A stretch of DNA of 57,387 nt, counting the filler, from Dimargaris cristalligena (lineage: Eukaryota): assembly GCA_003614675.1 (NCBI GenBank). It is 4 parts of 4 records of this genome, joined end to end, with 100 filler letters (N's around TTAATTAATTAA, not from the genome) between each part and the next. Parts side by side here need not be neighbours in the genome. Positions count along the whole stretch, not along the records: positions 14,438 to 28,729 come from ML002955.1; positions 28,830 to 43,060 come from ML002957.1; 2 more parts are not named here. One strand, 5' to 3'. The stretch's first letter is position 1. Every line of letters begins with the position of its first letter. Both the position numbers and the translations under genes were made by a program. Shown here one piece after another: positions 20,447 through 31,954 of this stretch. The notes beneath the pieces are model-generated. The model did not search any database. It was given only the letters and a program-made list of their open reading frames with translations, and was not told the DNA's origin.

Positions 20447-21860
20447 TTACGATGAACGGGCCTCAGCTAGATCCACCAATCCACTGATTCGGTTGGCCTG
20501 GTGGGTCGGGGAAGCGAAGGCCTGGCAGGGTGAAGGCCGTGTAAGATTCGAGCTACTCGGTATGTATCTGTTGGACATACTCCGCATGTCGATACTTAAG
20601 GATCGTTCAAGCATGTTCAGGGAATAAGGCAGTATTATTTGGATTTGCGAGTGCAGTAATGCCACTACGGATTTCCCAACATTGTTCGTTACATAACTGC
20701 AGGGTACCCTTGATCCGGCTGGGTAAGGATTTCCGGCGTTTAAATAATCAGGGCACTAGTGGCTATCCCCCCAGGGTGTCGGCTTGCCTGGTCCATACCC
20801 TAGATGAGAACAGTCCAACCGGCCCATATTCCGGGGGTAGGCGGGTCCCGCTACCCAGCAGCCTAAAACAAAACCACACTGAACCAAGCTATATCTAATT
20901 TGGTGGATAATAAGTAGATCAGGTAAATGTAATGTTGCGGGTTAATGGCGTATTTGCCGCTTACCTTGACAATACCAAGCCGATACCTGGCGATGGGGCA
21001 GGCTTTTAGTGAAAAAATGTTCCTTTTGGGTATGCTCGAAGTGCAATATTAGTTGAATTACCTTGGGGAAGACGGCGGTTATGATAGTAATGGTGGTGAT
21101 TGTAGCGATGAAGGCAATATCTATTCCAGGGACCTAATGGTTGATTAGTAATGTATAAATATCTCGTATTTCAAAGGGAACCAAGGTTTAAAGGGGCAGT
21201 TCCAGCTGGCGGCGATAATATCGATTTTGAAGACAAAAATCCAACCCCAGTTCTCAAGTAACTCGCTGATCTGATGGCTAGTGAAAATAATGATACATTA
21301 ATATTGTGCAATGGCAATGCGATCATCAGCTTACGAGAAACAACATTCGCAATAAATTAGCATTATATTACAGCGGCGCTTCTTATCCAATCCTACCAAT
21401 GATCTCGCCTTACCCAAGTTTCGTTAAAATCTTGTGTGTAGTATTGGGTCTTGTCGATTTATGTGGATCATAGTTTGTGATGGATTATAGATTAATGGAG
21501 TTTAATCAATGACATAGTGATGGTGATTCTTCCACTGCTATATATATCATACACTTCCGACATTTTACTACACCTGTGCTTATTTAATGGTAGACGAAGC
21601 ATGACCAAGTCCGACACCAAATACCACATGCCCAAAATCCAATTGGCTGGGTTGATAGGCCCAAAAATGCCTTATTATTAGAAGACGGCGGGGTTGGAAT
21701 CCTGGGGGGATGTTCAGGAGAGTAGAAATCATAGATTTTTCATAAGTCTGACAATCTTGGGAAGGGCTCCGTAGGTTACTATCGAGAAAAGCGGGCAATT
21801 CGGTTGAGCCATCCTTACAGGAATGTACCACTAGGATGCTGTATACCACTCGGGGATACT
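20447..21860 (-). pseudogene. Decayed class C (glutamate/GABA-B-like, 7tm_3) G-protein-coupled receptor fragment, TM3-TM7 plus tail
   Basis: Minus-strand motifs in order: FSIVTYGALPKIVRL (TM3-like, ~21740-21790), ILGMWYLVS (TM4-like), KTQYYTQDFNETW (21452-21414), phase-0 intron 21330..21413, LMIALPLHNI (TM6-like), TITTITIITAVFPK (TM7-like, ~21060-21110), intron 20863..20964. In-frame stops and frameshifts present. Confidence 0.6.
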
Positions 21861-24417
21861 GATCTTAGCCGGCTCAGTTGCCTGGGCCAGTATTAGTCGA
21901 TAAATCTACCTATTGAATCAATTAATTAGAGATGGAGAGTTAATGAGCAACGTCGGATTTCTCAAATCCACTATTGAATGAAGTATTTAGGTTAGAATGG
22001 GACAGGGTGGATGTAGTGGAGAGCGAAGTAACGTATATTAAGTGGGTTTAAATGTAGGCAGGACAGGTGCAGGATTTTATACGTGCTCTTGAGATTCTAT
22101 AGCAAAGATTTCTTAAGCCAAGCCAGGGGGGCCGTTGGAAAAATGAACTACTTTCTGTGTACATCTATGTCACGCAACAAGCACCAGGCTCCATGCCTCG
22201 GTTTGGGCCCTAACCGGAGCAGTTTTTACTGTCCCTTAGGGGAGCGCCTCCCTACTTAAAATTCTTAAATGCATTAGAATTCGCTAGGTAGTTTTTATAT
22301 TGGATATCTTTATTAGGCCCGTCTAACCATACATTGATTTGGCTTCCTCCTATCCGGGTGAAAATGTATTATTTTTTGGGCGTCTTCGGCGCCGAGGAGT
22401 AACTGTCGGCTCTATGTAATCACAAAACCTAGCCGGCAACATGGTGTTTTGTTTGCTTTCCCCAGAACGTTAATCTACCAGTCGCGTCAAAGGAATAGCC
22501 ATTGATTGGAACGGGCTTTTCAGACTGCCATTGTCATTTCCTGGAAATTAGTATATAAGTGATTCGTTGCGTCCAATTGTACTTCATATATAGGAAGCTG
22601 AGTTGACTGTGCTTATTGGTAGTTTGAGATAAACTTAAATGTCAAAGTGATCATTCAATATCCGCGCCCTCCGCGTATAGTCATTTTTTAACATACGAGA
22701 ATTTGGGTGTTCCATAAATGCGGCTCACCAAGCCAAGCTACGGTATAGTTAGCCGTCTCCTTCCCTTCTCCCGCCTTCGATATTAAAAGCGATCCGGGTC
22801 ACTTTTTAAGGTAAGCGCCGCAAATGACCGCCACAGAGCCCATGAGTAGTTGGATTCATCAAGATACCCCCAAAGTCGTTTCGAGACCAGGGTTCATATA
22901 CTAGTGGCAGTGAGGAGAAGCGAAGATATGCTCTATTAGTTACTAGTACACTGGCCTGTACATCTGTTAGGCTGATATCCTGGGTATTATGATTATTCGA
23001 ATTAATAACGGATAATCGTCTCCTCTTACAGAGCACCGCTGTTAACATTGTCTCCAATAAAAGTCCAAATACCTGCGTAAGAATGCATCGGTTTGCCGAG
23101 TAACACTCCGATTCGGCAGTCGTTCGATAAAGGGAGGGCTGCCCTCCCCCTAGTCTATATTAGTAATGTACATGTAGATTTTGGGACCCCGATATAGGCT
23201 GGGTAATTATAGACGGAGCACTATCATAATTTGACCGGAATTAGTCATATTTACCGAAATAAACAGAGAGTAATTTCTTAGTCTCTGCCGCTCTACTCAT
23301 TTACTCTGAAAGGGTAAATTCCTCCATAACAACTGACCGTGAAGGACTTGGCTGTGGGACTTCGGATGATAACAGTGACCGATTTTCAAACATCTCTCTC
23401 AATGAGTAAACCATTGTCACTCAGCGAAATTGCGAGAATCCATGGGCTGATTAGGGATGAGCCAACCATTGAAACTCCGACCATATAATAGTGTAAGGGT
23501 GGATTGTGCTGGCCACTATTTGATCTCCTACGACAGGCAAGGTGGGTCTGTTGGACTATAGTGAATTATGGATATTTGAGGAAGGTGTATCTTACCAATG
23601 CATCGGTGGACGTGGGTGTAGCACACACACAGTTATATATATATATACGTGTGTGTATGTGTAAAATGTATAGTATATAATTGTGTATATTAAGAAGGGT
23701 GTTTTCATTTCAGCTGATCCAATCGTATGCGGGAGAACAGAAGTCGGGTGCAACCCCAAAGGGCCAACCGCCTGGCTCAGTTTGCAGAGGGCAGGAAGAC
23801 GCCCGCAATGGAATCGAAAAATGGATGACTTATTGATAATATACGGTATAGCAATACTGGGCCCAGTATCTCCGTTGTGGCCATAAAATCCAATAAACAT
23901 CCGGTTTTGCCCCCCTTATCACCCTCGGCGGAGGCAGGCCAAGCTGCCACTTGTGCTCTCTCTAATACATGGGCACTGAACCAAGTAAGGGGGGTGCCAT
24001 TATAAAAAGGGGGTGAATGGTCGAGCCCATCTTTCATATGACGACAGTCCGAAGGAGATGGAAGACTCGCGCAGATCGTAGAAAGACGGCCAATAGGGCG
24101 GAGCTGGGTGCGCTTTTGACACGGCAGGGCAATCCAATTCCAGAGGGGCGGGGCGGGGGGATTGGATTCTCTATTAAGGAACTATCCGACTGCTAAAGCC
24201 AAAGTGCGAATAGCCAACTGGCTTTCATCCGCAAGGCCTGGTAGAGAGGCAGTCCCAGTGGGTAGGCTATAGTATAAAGGACCAGGCTTGATTGCGACTA
24301 ACACTTCGACCCTCGCCTATGCTTTAGGTTCTCCTTGGGCCGAATGAGGAGGCGCATTCTCTTTGTGGATTCGGCCGGCTCGACATTAGCCAGGCTCGCG
24401 TCGCCCTGGGCTAATAG

Positions 24418-24440
24418 GAGAGAGAGAGAGAGAGAGAGAG
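24418..24440. repeat. (GA)n microsatellite
   Basis: About 11 perfect GA units upstream of the CAP-Gly gene. Confidence 0.85.
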
Positions 24441-24884
24441 TTGGCAAATTTGGGGCATTCAGTCAGCGCGAGTGTTGTGGTGGGCCCTTTCAGCCTCACA
24501 CTCCCTGGGTCGTGTCCTCATGTGTGTATGCTGCTTGTGTGTATGTTTACCGGACCAGGCTTTCCTATATCATCCTCGCCCTTCTTCTATTTTGTCTGTG
24601 TCTATTATATTGTATTCTTTCGTTCTTTTATTTCCCTCTTGGCTTATTTATTGTGCTTTGGCCTTGTTGTAGCTGGCGGCGCCTTGTCTTTATATATTGT
24701 CTTTCCTACTATCTACTGCTATTATCCTTCATTTCTCTTGCATATATATTCTTAATCTGCTCATCAACTTGGGTGGCCGCCACCCTCGCTTTACCCTTGT
24801 AATCACCCGTGTGTGTGTGTGTCTTTTTCCTTCTTCCCTTTGCCTTGGTGCTTGACCATCCACGAGATTGTGCTACCCTTGCCC

Positions 24885-27800
24885 ATGTCCAAGTTCTCCA
24901 AGCTTAGCTCCGGTCTGCCTGTTCCGTCGGGCCTCCCTCCCCCGACCAGCAGCAACAGCCGGTCCGAGTCACCCCGTGCCCCTCGCAAATCCCTATCGCA
25001 CTTCACCCCCGTCGGAGACAACTATAGTCTGGCCATGCCCCCGCCTTCCCGCATTTCCACCGGCTCACTACCTCCTCCGTTCCAGCCCACCACCGGCCTT
25101 CATCGCCGAATGTCATCCATATCGTCAGTCACCGACGCCGACTCCCAGCCATCGGCCTCGTCGTCCCCGCCCTCGCTGCTCCCGGCCTACGCCAACTCCG
25201 CCGCCAAACCACCAAATCCCCGGTCGTCCCTACTGTCCCCATCCCCTACCGGCGCCCCGTCCGGCTTGCTCCCCATGTCCAGTATCCGCAAATCGACCAC
25301 CTTTTCGCCTGCGCTGACCCAGCCCAACTCCAGGGGGATTATCCCGGCCTTTCGCAAACTGAGCCTTGGTAAACCCCCCACCGGGGTCGTTGATGAATTC
25401 CAGCCAGCTCTACCCCCGCTACCCCCTAGCTACACGGCCTCCCCGGGCCTATCTATACCGGCACCCACCTCCTACGCCGGACAGTCCTCCACCCCACTAG
25501 ATGGGGATATAACCCCACGGCGAGAGGTCCCCATGGACGACGCCCTGCCCTCACCAATCACCCCCGTCACCCTACCACCAGCCTCCGGGCGACCGCATTT
25601 AAGCTCCGAGCGACCCACTTCCCCAGCCGTCCTGTCCCAGAAATTCGCTGTCGAGGATCCGATTACGGTCCCCTCCATGGGCCTTTCCGGCACCCTTAAA
25701 TTTATTGGCCCAGCCAAGTTTAAGCCGGGTATCTGGGCCGGGATCCAACTCGACACCGACGGTGCCGGCAAAAATGACGGAACCGTTGGCGGGGTGCGAT
25801 ATTTCGACTGCCCGCCTAATTGTGGTATCTTTGTTCTGGCCCAAAAATTAGCCAGGTTCGGCGATACTGACTCAATGGCTCTCAAATCCACCGACTCTAC
25901 TCCGGGTATTGGTCTAGTTACCCCCGGGCCCCCCACCTCGGGAATCCAGCGACCCACCCCCGGGGGTCTCCTCCTGCCCACTCCTTCTAAATTGGGACCC
26001 CGGCTGGGTAAAGGCACCAATGGATCAGCCATTAACCTGCGTAAATACGGCCGACCCACCCCGAATCCTAACGATCGCTCTCTACCTTCACCTGGTCCCG
26101 TTGGCGCTGGTTTACCTCCCACCCGGCCAAATGGACTGGCCCCGCCGAGCGTTAGCCGTTCCAGTTCCGGCCGCCGCATGACGATTGGTCCGACGGCCAA
26201 TGTCAGGAACGCCCGGACTTCCCCGGTGTCCCGGCATGATCCCCAAGCCATGTCCACCCGAGCCCGCTCACCATCAGCCCCGCAACGGACAGCTGGCTTG
26301 TCCACCCGAGGACTAGCGAATGGCAATCTCGCCAATTCCGCTCGTAGTGCAGCCCTCGCCAATACAGGGAGTGCACCGGTCCGTCGCACTCCTTTAGGGC
26401 CCGGGTCACGGCCAACGGTCATGTCCGATTCGCGTTTAACCGGCCGGTGGCGGGACACTCTAGCGAATCCCCGCAAGCCTCCCGCTAAACTGGCGGCCGA
26501 AGCGGGCAAATCGTCCGGTACAGCCACCCCCCGCAACCCGCCCCCGGTCGATGCTAACCAATCGCCGTCCCTGTCCCCCGCCATTCCGGTCGAGCTTTTC
26601 CAACGGGTCAAGCTTAAACTGGAGATGCTCGAGGCCGAAAATAAAGTCCTCCGGTTGGAGAATAAGCAAGGGCGGGCCCAGCTGGAAGCACGCCAGCTGG
26701 TCGAGAAAGATCTAATTCGTAAGCAGGTGCTCGAAGAAATCGGTGCCTCCAAAAATACCCCCAACGGGGGGGACCACGGATTGGCGTCGGCCAAGTCCCA
26801 GCGGACCGAGTCCGATGAGTCGACCCAACCGGGCACACCACCGGGGCAGGAATCCCCCCTGCTGAAACGCTCCCAAGCGGTGGGTCAAGCCATGTGGCCC
26901 GCGTCGGTAGCTGGAACCCCCAGCCGAAATGACGGGGAGGCCCTGCCTTCGATTGGGGATCGGATCGCCAAACTTAGCCAAAAGTTCGCCTCCATCGATT
27001 CCTCGCCCGGCCGGCGGGACTCGTCACAATCCGACAGTAGTTCGCAGTTCTCCCTAGAGCGCAAACAGTCCACCAGTAATATCAAGCCGGAGGGTCACGA
27101 AGACAACCTCAACGATGAAATCCTGCAGCTGACGGAAGTGATCCAGAACAAAGAAAAAACCATCAAAGATCTGGAGACCCAATTGGCTGAGCGACGGGCC
27201 GCATCCCCATCGTCCCCTGGTGGGACAAGTAAGAAATTATCACTGGACCAGGCCCAGACCGAGATTGAACAGCTGCGCCGGGACATGTCCCAATTACACG
27301 CCCAGCTAGAGGCTGCCGAGCAAACCCGGCAACTGGCCGAACTGGCCCACCTGGAGGAGCGCCAGAAATTCGAAGCTCAACTATCCGACGAACGGGCGGA
27401 CGCCCAAAAGTCCGTCCAGGTAATCGAGGAACTCAAGGCCGTCCTGGCCGAGAATGAGAAAATCGTTGTTCAGCAGAAGGAGGATATCCAGGCCCTTATT
27501 CGACAAATGGACATTTTGGTAGGCAAGGCTCTGCACGCGATGCAGGTCATCCGGGAAATGGACTGGGCGGAGGATAGCCAGGCCACTCTAACCGGGACCC
27601 GTGGAGAGGGACCAGCCCGGACTGCTGACCACGCCCCCTTTACGGCTGTCTCGGCCGAGTCGGATGACCTGGTGAGTCTTCAGCAAGAACAGAGTGAACA
27701 GGTATCCCGGGCTCTAGATAGTACCGCGCAAGCGGTGGAGCGTCTCCAAAAGGTCAACCACCGACTCTCCATGGACCTTCATTCAGTACTTCAAGAACGG

Positions 27801-28729
27801 GCTCTCTCGCCATCCGACGGTACCGCCGTTTCGGTAGCGCCGGTTTCGTCGCGGTCCACACCACCCCCCATGGCCAATGGCACCTCAGCTATCGTACACG
27901 GATCCCCCTTTGGCAATGACGGCAATACCCACACCATTGATGCGGAAGAACGGTACCGCCAACTGGTTGCGGAGAACGAGGTCCTCCAGGCCCAGTGCGA
28001 GGAGCTGAAAATAGACCTGCGGCAAAAGGAGGACTTGGTCGCTTCCCTATACCGTAAGAAGCACGCCGCTGCCGGACTGGAAGGGCGGTCGCCGTACTCA
28101 CCCGGGTCCTTCCTCGGCACAGTCTCCAATTCGTCCCAGGCCGACCTGGAATTCGATTTCGCACTGAACGGCAGCCAAGAGAGCCTCCGCCGCCCGGGCG
28201 GGTGCGATGAAGCCATCCACCCCACGGCGCTGAAAAACCCCCTGCACCCGGCCCTGAATGATTCACTGAAGGAGCTGCATATGTTGGTATCGGAGGCCGA
28301 AGTCGACCAGATTGATGTGAGCAACGAGATTCTAGGCGAGGAGGTGCTTCGCCTACGTGAAACCTCGACGGAACTCCAGCAACGGTTGGAAGATGCCTTG
28401 GCCGAAAAGGCGACCATCCAATCCCGTGTGGAAGCGGCCGAAGCCAAATTGGCCCAGTGTATCAAGGACCTGGAGGGGGCCCAGCAGCGGTATGAAGCGC
28501 AAAGCGGTGAGCTTGAAGCGGCCCAAGATGCTATTGCGGCCCAGGCCAGTCAGATTGACCAACTTAAGAACCCGTCGAGCCGGGGACGGGCGTCCGATTC
28601 AACGGCATCCTCCGCCGAAGCCGAAACTGTAGCGGCGGCGACGGCGGTGGCCCAATTACGGCGCGAAGTGGATGACCTGCGTAATTTGATGGCCGCTAAA
28701 GATAACCAGGTCCGGGGACTGCCCTTATT
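24885..28729 (+). CDS. CAP-Gly domain coiled-coil microtubule-binding protein (CLIP-170/Bik1/Tip1-like), 3'-truncated at contig end
   Basis: First ATG at 24885. CAP-Gly GTLKFIGPAKFKPGIWAGIQLDTDGAGKNDGTVGGVRYFDCPPNCGIFV (~25690-25840). Ser/Pro-rich flanks and long heptad-rich C-terminal half. Frame runs into the linker. Confidence 0.88.
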
Positions 28730-28829
28730 NNNNNNNNNNNNNNNNNNNNNNNNNNNNNNNNNNNNNNNNNNNNTTAATTAATTAANNNNNNNNNNNNNNN
28801 NNNNNNNNNNNNNNNNNNNNNNNNNNNNN
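28730..28829. other. Artificial contig-joining linker
   Basis: 44 N + TTAATTAATTAA + 44 N. Confidence 0.97.
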
Positions 28830-31800
28830 CGAAGGGTTGGTGGTGGTGATTGCCGGCCGCCCTCGCCAACGCTGTAGCGGGGGACGGCATAGGATGGTGG
28901 TCAGAGTGAGAGTATGGGTGTGAGGGTGGGGCCGCACGGGATGCCGACGGGCCTAGTAGAGTAGACGTGTTGGAAGAACTGCTGCCCGACGGGTAGACAA
29001 CCCCTTGATTCGGAGGGTGTGAGCCTCGACCTCGGCCCTGACCAGCGGTGGTAGTGTTCGTTTTGGTTGGAAGGAGCGATACGGGTCGGGAAGATCGACT
29101 AGACTCACCCGGAGGTAGTGGTGGGGCCGCCGCACCACCACCACCACCACCATTATTATTATTATTATTATTATCTGGCATTGACTTGGGAGGTAGGAGA
29201 GACGGGGCCGTAGGCGCAGAGTGGCCATGTCCATGCCCATGGTAATCCGTCGCTGTCGCTGACCGACCTGGTTTACGACTGCGGGATCGACCCTGCCCGG
29301 ATGTACGGTCATCGCCGTCTTCCCCCGATGAGCCCATCGGCCCCGGTGCCTCGTTACCCCGTCCCCCACTACCACTACTGCCATGGGCCCCAAAATGCTT
29401 CCGCAAAATCCGGCCAATATCGGGTCGTTGGTCCATATCCGTAATTTTCACCGCAATCGGGTATTTCGGCAGGACTGCGGCCGTTTGGCCCGAGGCCGCA
29501 GAAGGTGTTCGTCGGGTTTCCAGGGCCACCATGTCCACGTGGATAGCCAAACACTGCTGGTAACACTCAAAAAGATGCTGGTAGAGTGGGCGTAAGAACT
29601 CCGGAATTTCGTCCCGAATTTGACCGAGCCGGATAGGGTCATCGGAGTATAACGAGGCGGACCCCGCTGGACCACCGCCATTACCACCACCTCCTCCGGA
29701 AGTTACGGCAGCTGTTGCCGTAGCAGCCCCCCGGGCCCCTTTGGGCCACATCCCTTCGTCCAATTCCGATTCAGCTAGCCAGGCGGCCTGGTGGGGTCGA
29801 CCTGCGGCGGCAGATGAGGCATCTGACCCGTTACCGGTCGCGGGTAGGGTAAACTGATGAATACTATCCGGCAAATTCTTCTGAGGCACCCTAAACTCCA
29901 CCGTACGCTGCAGACACGAAATCTGGACCACAATTCCATTGTAAAACTTCATCAACAAATTGCCCATGGGTTCGTTTTCCATGTACGAGCACCGCGCCTG
30001 GGGGGTGGTCAATATAATGCGGGCCGTTTTCGAGCGCACGAGCTGGACGAACCGGATGATGTGGTCAAACGATTTGGTGTACTTGGCGGGTAAATCCGCG
30101 GTGGAATACTGGGCCGTGGGGGTGAGGGTTCGGAGGTCCACGTCTTCGGTCATGACGGGCACGTCCCGACGGGCGAAGAGGTAGAGTTTGGTACCCCGGG
30201 CATTAACGAGTAATACTTCCCGGTCGCCGTTGAAGTGGGCCATGACCCGGCCGTCCGACCGGATTTCAAAAGTGACGTGTTTGGTCGGTTTGTGAATGGG
30301 GTGGAGCCGTTTGGTATTGACGAGTCCCTGTGTCGATGAGGCCGTCATGGTGGTGGTCGTGGTCGTGCGGTGGGAGGGGTTCAGGCGGGTTGACGTGATG
30401 GTCAAGGGCTCCCGGCCGGTATGACGGTGGGTGGTTACGGGCGCACTCGCCGAGGGTCCTCCCCCCGAACGGCCGGGCGGGGTGGCCGCGGGGTACATGG
30501 GCTGGCCGTCCGGATAGGCGGCGTGGGTCAAGGTGGGTGTAGCCACCTGGCCATTGTAGGTGGATGCGGGGCGACGATTCAGGGCCCGATACACCGCATC
30601 CAGGCAGCTGGGCGGCGTTTCGGCGGCTAGTGATGGGATGGACGAATAGTAGGCGGCGGCGGTGGTGGTGGCGGGCGGTTTGTGGACGGCCGGTAGTGTA
30701 TGGGCAATGGAGGCAATATAGGGTAACGAAACCACCGGCAGATCGGGTCGAAAAAACGGGTGGTGCAACAGCTGCTGGGCCGTTAAACGGTTCCGGGGGT
30801 TAAGTTTCAACAAGCCCCGCACCATGGACCACGTTTCGTCGGACAGTCCACTGGGCATTTCGGACCACAAGCGTTGGAGGGCGCGGTCATCGATAGTTGC
30901 CGGGGTTGGCCCGCCGAGGACACCGGTGGGACCGCCATGGTCATAATCATCCATAACCCCACTCCCGAATGGGGGTTTACCGGTTAAAAACGACACAAAC
31001 AAACACCCCAATGACCACATATCCGACGGTGGACCGTACGTTTGCCGGGCCCATATTTCGGGGGGCAATATAGTTAGGGGTCCCGCACATGGTTTGGGGT
31101 TCGGGACTGCCCACCGGTCCGTCGTACCGAATGGCGAGACCGAAATCGCACAATTTCACCTGCATGGTCGCGGTCCACAAAATATTCGCTAGTTTCAAAT
31201 CGCGGTGCAGAATGCCCCGGTGGTGGAGGTACTGGACGGCCTGGACCAACGGGTACAGCACCCCGCGTGCTTCCGCCTCGTCCAAGGGCCGCTGGATGCC
31301 GTTCCGTAAATAACCGTACAGTTCACCCTGTTGGCACAGTTCCAGGACTAAATATACATACTGCGGGTCTTCGAAATAATCGTACAGGGTAACAATGTGG
31401 TTGTGGTGGGCCCGCCAGTGGATTTCCACTTCCTGGGTGAGTCGCGCGCGGAGTTCGGGCGTATGGAGTTGGTTTTTGGCGATCCGTTTAATCGCTACCC
31501 ATTCGCCGCGGCGTGGACCCCGGTGGCCTTGGGCTAGGTAGACTTGCCCGAAAGCCCCTGAACCGATGCGATGGCTGAACGTGTAATCGTCCGGCGAGCC
31601 GCTGGCAGCAGCAGCAGACTCATCGGCGGAGGGTAAGGCTGGAGCGTTGGGAGTGGGCTCTGCTGCTTCGCGGTAGTATGGCCGAGGGGCGATGGTGGCG
31701 CTAACACCGTGGTCACGAACCCGCCAATTGGGGCGGAATTTAGTCATGCGCTCATGGAAACCCTGACTGAATAAGTTGGGTGCCCCTGTAGCGGCTGCGG

Positions 31801-31954
31801 TTGGCAGTGGTGGTGGGTGGGGAGCCCTACCGTAATGGTCCGGATGTACGTCTCGTCCGGCTGATTCAGGGTGGTATACGCGTCGGTTGGTGGCATTGCC
31901 CAGGGGCTGGACAACTGGGCCCTGGATGGGGCCTGGCCTACGGGAGTACGCCAT
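28830..31954 (-). CDS. PLK4: Polo-like kinase 4 (PLK4/SAK) orthologue; one-base frameshift at 31060-31065; 3'-truncated at contig end
   Basis: Kinase motifs IGSGAFG, VAIK, EVEIH..HIVTLYDYFEDPQYVYLVLELC, HRDLKLAN, DFG, TMCGTPNYIAP/EI, DMWSLGC..LTGKPPF. Cryptic polo box (~29860-30325): NTKRLHPIHKPTK...YSTADLPAKY...RFVQLVRSKT..I...ARCSYMEN..FYNG, closely resembling animal PLK4 PB1-PB2. The two ORFs join if one G of the G6 run is removed. Confidence 0.88.

Noticed and set aside
24335-24802. 155-aa hydrophobic ORF resembling a membrane protein (a similar one lies at 6674..7219)
   Set aside because: Translation of T-rich 5'-UTR/promoter sequence with a non-ATG start.
25472-26836. 454-aa antisense ORF within the CAP-Gly gene
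   Set aside because: Antisense shadow of GC-rich Pro/Ser coding sequence; no recognisable domain.
24885-31954. Apparent microtubule/centrosome cluster of the CAP-Gly gene next to PLK4
   Set aside because: The two genes are on different contigs separated by an artificial linker.
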